DNA from: Actinomycetota bacterium
GTDB taxonomy: Bacteria > Actinomycetota > Acidimicrobiia > Acidimicrobiales > Aldehydirespiratoraceae
Length of the DNA stretch: 60,593 nucleotides
Direction: 5' to 3'
Assembly (NCBI GenBank): GCA_039188975.1
Contig: JBCCYT010000006.1
Span: 1 to 60,593 of the forward strand
Part shown: positions 55,538 to 60,593 of the stretch, in pieces
How positions within the stretch are numbered: position 1 is the stretch's first letter
Layout: every line of letters begins with the position of its first letter
The notes under the pieces: generated by a model
Told to the model about the DNA's origin: nothing
Databases searched by the model: none
The model's input: only the letters and a program-made list of their open reading frames with translations
Program-made: the position numbers and the translations under genes

Positions 55538-56443
55538 TCAGTCGACCCAGCGCTCCGCCGCCGCGAGAGCACGAATCACCGCACGTTCGAGCACCTGCTG
55601 AACGCCGCCGAGCGTGATCCGAGCGCCGAACCCGGCGGCGTTCAGTATCGGCTCCAGCCGATCGACGCCAGCCAGCCATTCGAGGTCCCAGAGCGGATGC
55701 CACGCGAGCCCAGCGTCTCGGCATCGACCGAGGAAGCGATCGGCGAGGGCAAAACCGTCCACGCCATCTTCGGCAACCGCAATGTTCATTCGTGCGCAGG
55801 CCAGGTCGGATTCGATCGGCCCGATGCACCCGTTGACCCAGTCGACCAATCCGACCGGCGCGGCACCGTCCCACAGCACGTTGAGCTGATGGAAGTCACG
55901 GTGGATGAACCCGCTCGGACCGGTGGGGATCGGATTGGCGAGGGCCTCGTTCATCGCTCGCCACGGACCAGGATCCGACGCCCACAGGGGTGCGGCGACG
56001 GGCAGAGCGAACCATGGCCGTCGTTGATGAAGCGGCTCGATCGGCATGCGAGCCGAAGCCACGCCAATCAAGGTGTCGGCCAGCCCGTCGACCCACGCCG
56101 TTGGTTCCGGACGTCCATGCGCACGAGGGTGGCCCCGAAGACGAGTCATGATGATTGCGGGAGACCCCAGACGGTCGCCTCGATCGTCTGCCGCAAGCAG
56201 ACGCGGAGCAACGAGGCCGACCTCTGCGGCGGCTCGCATCGCAGCCGCGTCGCGCCGCACATCGTCGGCGCCAACCCCGTCGATACCGAGGTCGTACACC
56301 TTGACGATCAGCTGCTGTCCGCTCGCCACGATCGGCCAGATCGTGGCGGTGGAGGCACCGGCCAGCGGCGCACCGACCGATTCGATCGTGCTCCCGATCG
56401 CCTCGGCAATCCAGTCAGCCAGGGAAGCGGGCGGGGTGGCCAT
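55538..56443 (-). CDS. Aminoglycoside phosphotransferase (APH)-like kinase
   Basis: IHRDFHQLNVL and VDW motifs. Confidence 0.85.
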   Translation of the reverse strand: MATPPASLADWIAEAIGSTIESVGAPLAGASTATIWPIVASGQQLIVKVYDLGIDGVGADDVRRDAAAMRAAAEVGLVAPRLLAADDRGDRLGSPAIIMTRLRGHPRAHGRPEPTAWVDGLADTLIGVASARMPIEPLHQRRPWFALPVAAPLWASDPGPWRAMNEALANPIPTGPSGFIHRDFHQLNVLWDGAAPVGLVDWVNGCIGPIESDLACARMNIAVAEDGVDGFALADRFLGRCRDAGLAWHPLWDLEWLAGVDRLEPILNAAGFGARITLGGVQQVLERAVIRALAAAERWVD

Positions 56444-56470
56444 GGGGTCACCCTAGATAGCGTGCGAGCC

Positions 56471-57292
56471 ATGGCCGGGCAGTTCGAAACCGAGACCACG
56501 ATCCAGTCGGCCGGAGACGGCCGGTGGACAGCCGACATCTCCGACGAGTGGAGCATCGGGCCCAACGCCAACGGCGGCTACCTGATGACCCCGGTCTTGC
56601 GGGCGGCACAAGAGCTGGCGGGCCAGCCCGACCCGTTGACGGTCACCACGCATTTCTTTCGTCCTGGCATCGGCGACGAGACCGCGGAGATCACCGCCGA
56701 GGTGTTGAAGCCGGGCCGCACCATGACGACCGTCTCGGCGCAGCTCGCCCAGCAGGGCAAGACCCGGCTCCACATGGTGGTCGGGTTCGGCGACATCGAC
56801 GCCACGACCGAGCACGATGCCGAGTGGACGATTCCAATGCCGGACATGCCCGGCCCGGAGGAGTGCATCGATCGGCGAGGCCTCAACCAGGGGGTCGAAA
56901 TCAAGCTGATGAACCGCTGCGAAATTCGGGTCGATCCCGCGATCCAGCGCGACCCAGCCGAGGTCGAGACCGCTGAGGTCTTCGGCTGGACCCGCTTCCG
57001 CGACGAGTCCGACGCCGATGCGCTGGCACTGCCGTTCTTCGCCGACGCATTCCCACCCACCGTCTTCACTCGGCTCGGCCCGATCGGTTGGGTCCCGACC
57101 CTTGAACTCACGGTGCATGTACGGCGTCGACCCGCCCCGGGCTGGCTGGCGTGCCACGTGTGGACCGACGACGTGCACAACGGCAAGCTCATCGAGTCGG
57201 TGCGGCTCTGGGATTCGACGGGCGAGCTCGTCGCCCAAGGTCGCCAGCTGGGCTATCTGATCACCGGCAACATCGCCGGCATGGGCGGCTGA
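56471..57292 (+). CDS. Acyl-CoA thioesterase (TesB-like double hot-dog)
   Basis: ANGGYL, DAFPP, WVPTLELTVH and WDSTGELVAQGRQL motifs. Confidence 0.88.
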   Translation: MAGQFETETTIQSAGDGRWTADISDEWSIGPNANGGYLMTPVLRAAQELAGQPDPLTVTTHFFRPGIGDETAEITAEVLKPGRTMTTVSAQLAQQGKTRLHMVVGFGDIDATTEHDAEWTIPMPDMPGPEECIDRRGLNQGVEIKLMNRCEIRVDPAIQRDPAEVETAEVFGWTRFRDESDADALALPFFADAFPPTVFTRLGPIGWVPTLELTVHVRRRPAPGWLACHVWTDDVHNGKLIESVRLWDSTGELVAQGRQLGYLITGNIAGMGG

Positions 57293-57335
57293 CCAGCCTG
57301 CAGCGTTCAGCATCTGACAGCGCGAGACTGCCGAG

Positions 57336-58163
57336 ATGCCGATCGACGAGTACCGCGCCGCCAACCTCGCCAACTGGAACGAACGGGTCATCGGCCACAC
57401 CGCGCCCGACGGGTACGACATCGCCGGCCTCATCGCCGACCCTGATCGCATCACCGACGTCGTTCGCTTCGACCAAGACGTCTTCGGCGACGTGACCGGG
57501 AAGAACCTGTTGCACAGTCAGTGCCACATCGCGACAGACACCCTCTCGTGGGCTCGACTCGGTGCGACGGTGACCGGGCTGGACTTCTCGCCGGACGCGC
57601 TTGCGTCGGCCCGAGACACCGCCGCGAAGATGGGCATCGACGCCACGTTCGTCGAAACCGAGCTCTACGACGCGCCGAACCACATCGACCACGAGTTCGA
57701 CTGCGTCTACACGAGCGTCGGGGCCATCAACTGGCTGCCCGACATCGCCGAATGGGGCCGAGTCATGGCGGGGTTCGTGAAACCTGGCGGCCAGTTCTAC
57801 ATCCGTGACGGACATCCGGCCCTCTACTCACTCGACGACGAGCGAGACGACCGCGACCTTGTGATCACCCACCCCTACTTCCACGACGGACAGCCGCTGC
57901 GCTGGGAGGACGCCACCAGCTACGCCGGTTCGGCCACGATCGAGAACGACGTGATGTATGAGTGGATCCATCCGATCTCGTCGATCGTCATGGCACTCAT
58001 CAACGCCGGGCTCGTCGTCGACGAACTCCGCGAACTCGACCATCTCGACTGGCCGTTCTTTTCATTCATGGAATCGGTCGACGGTGAGCGGTATGTGCTG
58101 CCCGAGGCGCAACGTCGACTGGTGCCTTTGCAGTTCTCGATCCTGGCCCACAAGCCGGCATGA
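57336..58163 (+). CDS. Class I SAM-dependent methyltransferase
   Basis: LLHSQCHIATDTLS, TGLDFS, WLPD and KPGG..DGHP motifs. Confidence 0.9.
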   Translation: MPIDEYRAANLANWNERVIGHTAPDGYDIAGLIADPDRITDVVRFDQDVFGDVTGKNLLHSQCHIATDTLSWARLGATVTGLDFSPDALASARDTAAKMGIDATFVETELYDAPNHIDHEFDCVYTSVGAINWLPDIAEWGRVMAGFVKPGGQFYIRDGHPALYSLDDERDDRDLVITHPYFHDGQPLRWEDATSYAGSATIENDVMYEWIHPISSIVMALINAGLVVDELRELDHLDWPFFSFMESVDGERYVLPEAQRRLVPLQFSILAHKPA

Positions 58164-59176
58164 CGGTGCTCTCGGTCGACGCCGAGCAGATCATCGACTT
58201 CCGACTGCGCGCGAACGGGCTTCGCCAACGCGCCGCCAACTCGGCGCCGAGCCTTCAGGTGGCGGCAGCTGCCGGCCTCCAGGACTCGATGCCGCGAGCC
58301 GCCGTGCTGTCGCTTCACGCTCGCGTCCGCGGCGTCGATCCCTGCGTGCTCGACGACCCAACCCTCATACAGGTGTGGGGGCCGGGCTTCTCTGCCTATG
58401 TCGTCGCTGCCAACGATGTGGGTGTCTTCACGCTCGGCCGCTACCCCGAATCCGGCACGCGGCGCACCACCGCCGACACCGTCGCCGCCCGACTCTCCGA
58501 TGTCCTCGACGAAACCCCTCGCCGCTACCGCGACGTCGCCGCCGACCTCGGTATCCATCACGACGGGTTGCGCTACGCCGCATTGCTCGGAACGATCCGG
58601 CTGCACTGGGCAGGCTCCGGGAAACCGCTGATCAGCCTCCTCTCCCCACCCGCCATCGATTGGATGGAGGCGCGCTGCGAACTCGGTCGCCGCTTTCTTC
58701 ACGCCTATGGACCCGCGACGGCGGACGACTTTTCATCGTGGGCAGGGGTCAACAAGACCCATGCCCGGCGGACACTTGCCGAGCTCGATGACGAGACCAT
58801 TCACGTCACAACCCCGCTCGGATCTGCGCTGCTGCTCGCTTCCGACGAAGCGTTGCTTCGTTCCGCCGAGCGCCCCGAGGCAAGCATTCGCTTCCTTCCG
58901 AGCGGCGATCCGGTCACCCTGTGGACCGGCGAGCAACGCACCATCCTCCTTCCCGAAGCTCACCGCCGAGAACGTCTGTGGACGCCGCGGGTGTGGCCGG
59001 GCGCGCTGCTGGTCGGCGGCCGTATCGCTGGCGCGTGGCGACGCAGCGGTCCCGCCATGTCGATCGAGACATGGGATCAGCCAACCGAGGAGGTCCGGGT
59101 CGCCGTGGAGGCCGAGGCCGGGTCACTGCCCCTCGAAGAACAACCCCTCTCCGTGTCCTGGACGGTCGCCCGCTGA
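58160..59176 (+). CDS. AlkZ/YcaQ-like (HTH_42) winged-helix DNA glycosylase family protein
   Basis: GLQD..LHARV, RFLHAYGPAT..DF..WAG, FLPSGDP and GALLVGGRIAGAWR motifs. Confidence 0.8.
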   Translation: MTVLSVDAEQIIDFRLRANGLRQRAANSAPSLQVAAAAGLQDSMPRAAVLSLHARVRGVDPCVLDDPTLIQVWGPGFSAYVVAANDVGVFTLGRYPESGTRRTTADTVAARLSDVLDETPRRYRDVAADLGIHHDGLRYAALLGTIRLHWAGSGKPLISLLSPPAIDWMEARCELGRRFLHAYGPATADDFSSWAGVNKTHARRTLAELDDETIHVTTPLGSALLLASDEALLRSAERPEASIRFLPSGDPVTLWTGEQRTILLPEAHRRERLWTPRVWPGALLVGGRIAGAWRRSGPAMSIETWDQPTEEVRVAVEAEAGSLPLEEQPLSVSWTVAR

Positions 59177-59222
59177 CGCCCCAGCCCACTCGATGTCAGC
59201 GCGCCCGGCTACGGTCGGTTTC

Positions 59223-60533
59223 GTGTCCGACCAGACGCTCACCGTCTCCGAACTCGGGATCGTCATCCGCGCCGCGCTCGAACAGTCGATGCCGTACGGC
59301 GTCTGGGTCGAAGGCGAGATCCAAGGCATCAGCCGAAGCCGCAACGGGCACGTGTACTTCGACCTGATCGAACCGGCCGAAACCTCCGGCGCGGCACCGC
59401 TCGCAACCGTTCCGGTCGTGCTGTTCCGCGACAACCGCGACCGGGTCAACCGGTTGTTGAAACGCCACGGCGACCCGATCCGCATGACCGATGGCGTCCG
59501 TATCCGCATCCAAGGGATGGTCGACTACTACCCGCCGACCGGCAAGATCCAGCTCCGTATGTCGGCGATCGATCCGACCTACACACTCGGCGTGCTGGCC
59601 GCCGAACGAGAAGCGTTGCTCCGTGAGCTGTCGGAGTCAGGGCGGCTGCGAGCCAACGCCACCCGACCGCTCCCGGCGGTGCCGTTGCGCATCGGGGTGG
59701 TCACCTCGATCGGCTCGGCGGCGCACGCCGACGTCACGACCGTGTTCGAGCGCAGCGAGCGAGCGTTCACCCTTGTCGAAATCGACACGCCAGTGCAGGG
59801 GGCGGGCGCAGAGATTCCGATCGCTGCGGCGATTCGGGCCGCGACCGACGCACGCGTCGATCTCGTCCTTCTCGTGCGAGGCGGCGGCTCCAAAACCGAT
59901 CTTGCCGTCTTCGACCACGCGGTGGTGGCGCATGCGATCACCGAGGCGTCCGTTCCCGTGTACACCGGCGTCGGGCACGACATCGACCGATCGGTCGCCG
60001 ACGAGGTCGCCCACACCGCCCACACCACGCCAACCGCAGCTGCGCAGGCGGTCGTCGCCGCCGTCAACGCATGGCTCGATCGGCTCGCGGCAAACGAACG
60101 CGAGGTGGTGCACCGAAGCCGCAGGGCGGTCGAACGTGCCGATCAACGGGTCGCCCATGCCCGCCGAGACATTGCGCGAAATGCCACTCGAGCCACAGCC
60201 CGCGCCGACGAGCGTCTCAGCGCGGGCTCGATCCGGCTTCGGCGCAGCGCCGGCCGAGCCGAAACCGCCGCGTTCGCCGCGCTGGACCGGGCCGTCGATC
60301 GGCTCGAACTCGCGACCCGCCACGGCCTGCGGGCCGCCGAACTGCGACTCGACACCGCGGCCGCCCGCACCAACGCCCTCGACCCCGCCGTCGCCCTCGC
60401 CCGCGGCTGGTCGATCACTCGTCGTCCCGATGGCCGCGTCATCCGCTCGGTCGACGACGTTGCTGAGGGCGAGACCGTCACCACCCAGGTCGCCGACGGC
60501 ACGATCAGCAGTACGATCGACGACCGTGACTGA
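59223..60533 (+). CDS. xseA: Exodeoxyribonuclease VII large subunit
   Basis: VWVEGEI, GHVYFDL, RGGGS..DL, GVGHDID, TPTAAA and LARGWS motifs. Confidence 0.95.
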   Translation: MSDQTLTVSELGIVIRAALEQSMPYGVWVEGEIQGISRSRNGHVYFDLIEPAETSGAAPLATVPVVLFRDNRDRVNRLLKRHGDPIRMTDGVRIRIQGMVDYYPPTGKIQLRMSAIDPTYTLGVLAAEREALLRELSESGRLRANATRPLPAVPLRIGVVTSIGSAAHADVTTVFERSERAFTLVEIDTPVQGAGAEIPIAAAIRAATDARVDLVLLVRGGGSKTDLAVFDHAVVAHAITEASVPVYTGVGHDIDRSVADEVAHTAHTTPTAAAQAVVAAVNAWLDRLAANEREVVHRSRRAVERADQRVAHARRDIARNATRATARADERLSAGSIRLRRSAGRAETAAFAALDRAVDRLELATRHGLRAAELRLDTAAARTNALDPAVALARGWSITRRPDGRVIRSVDDVAEGETVTTQVADGTISSTIDDRD

Positions 60534-60593
60534 CGACATGGCGGACAGCACCGGCGATGCCGACACCCCACCCGACAGCATCGGCTACGCCGA
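60526..60593 (+). CDS. xseB: Exodeoxyribonuclease VII small subunit (partial)
   Basis: GTG overlapping the end of xseA; VTDDMADS...SIGYA, truncated by the window edge. The call rests mostly on synteny. Confidence 0.6.
   Translation, partial: MTDDMADSTGDADTPPDSIGYA

Noticed and set aside
1-60593. tRNA, rRNA, transposase, integrase, prophage or defence genes
   Set aside because: None recognised; intergenic gaps are short and all long ORFs are otherwise explained. A covariance-model scan was not possible.

Overview
High-GC actinobacterial DNA; the gene content (mshA-YbjN, an RsiG-like anti-sigma, an MMPL/TetR-WHG pair) is consistent with an Acidimicrobiia-like lineage, which is an inference. 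The window is densely coding, with about 55 genes and no rRNA, tRNA, CRISPR array or transposase that I can see. Main blocks: a housekeeping stretch (acyl-CoA ligase, ABC exporter, DUF62 SAM hydrolase, proC, mshA, rsiG-like, MoaD); a catabolic stretch (M20 hydrolase, LysR/TauD, nitrilase, esterases); a two-gene xanthine-dehydrogenase-family molybdoenzyme; a partial chemotaxis cluster (NIT-domain MCP, second MCP, CheA with an MshEN-like insert, CheW); a GH3 glucosidase and a Baeyer-Villiger monooxygenase; a purine-catabolism-like cluster (8-oxoguanine deaminase-like, fused regulator, L- and D-type carbamoylases, Se-dependent-type Xdh, SsnA-like) interrupted by a hairpin-flanked fasciclin lipoprotein gene; then MMPL/TetR, a half-size HPPD-like gene with Lrp, ribH, a Tat haem peroxidase, serB, an AlkZ-like gene and xseAB. 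Best leads: (1) a shared palindrome TTKACA-N3-TGTYAA linking the two molybdoenzyme loci into one putative purine regulon, possibly with a hydrolytic variant of a reductive purine pathway; (2) a covarying REP-like hairpin family and a duplicated 16-bp operator around a His-rich lipoprotein gene; (3) c-di-GMP-binding motifs in both RsiG and CheA; (4) a tandem repeat that encodes a chain of METV stop-start mini-ORFs. All product calls come from motif recognition by eye, not from database searches.
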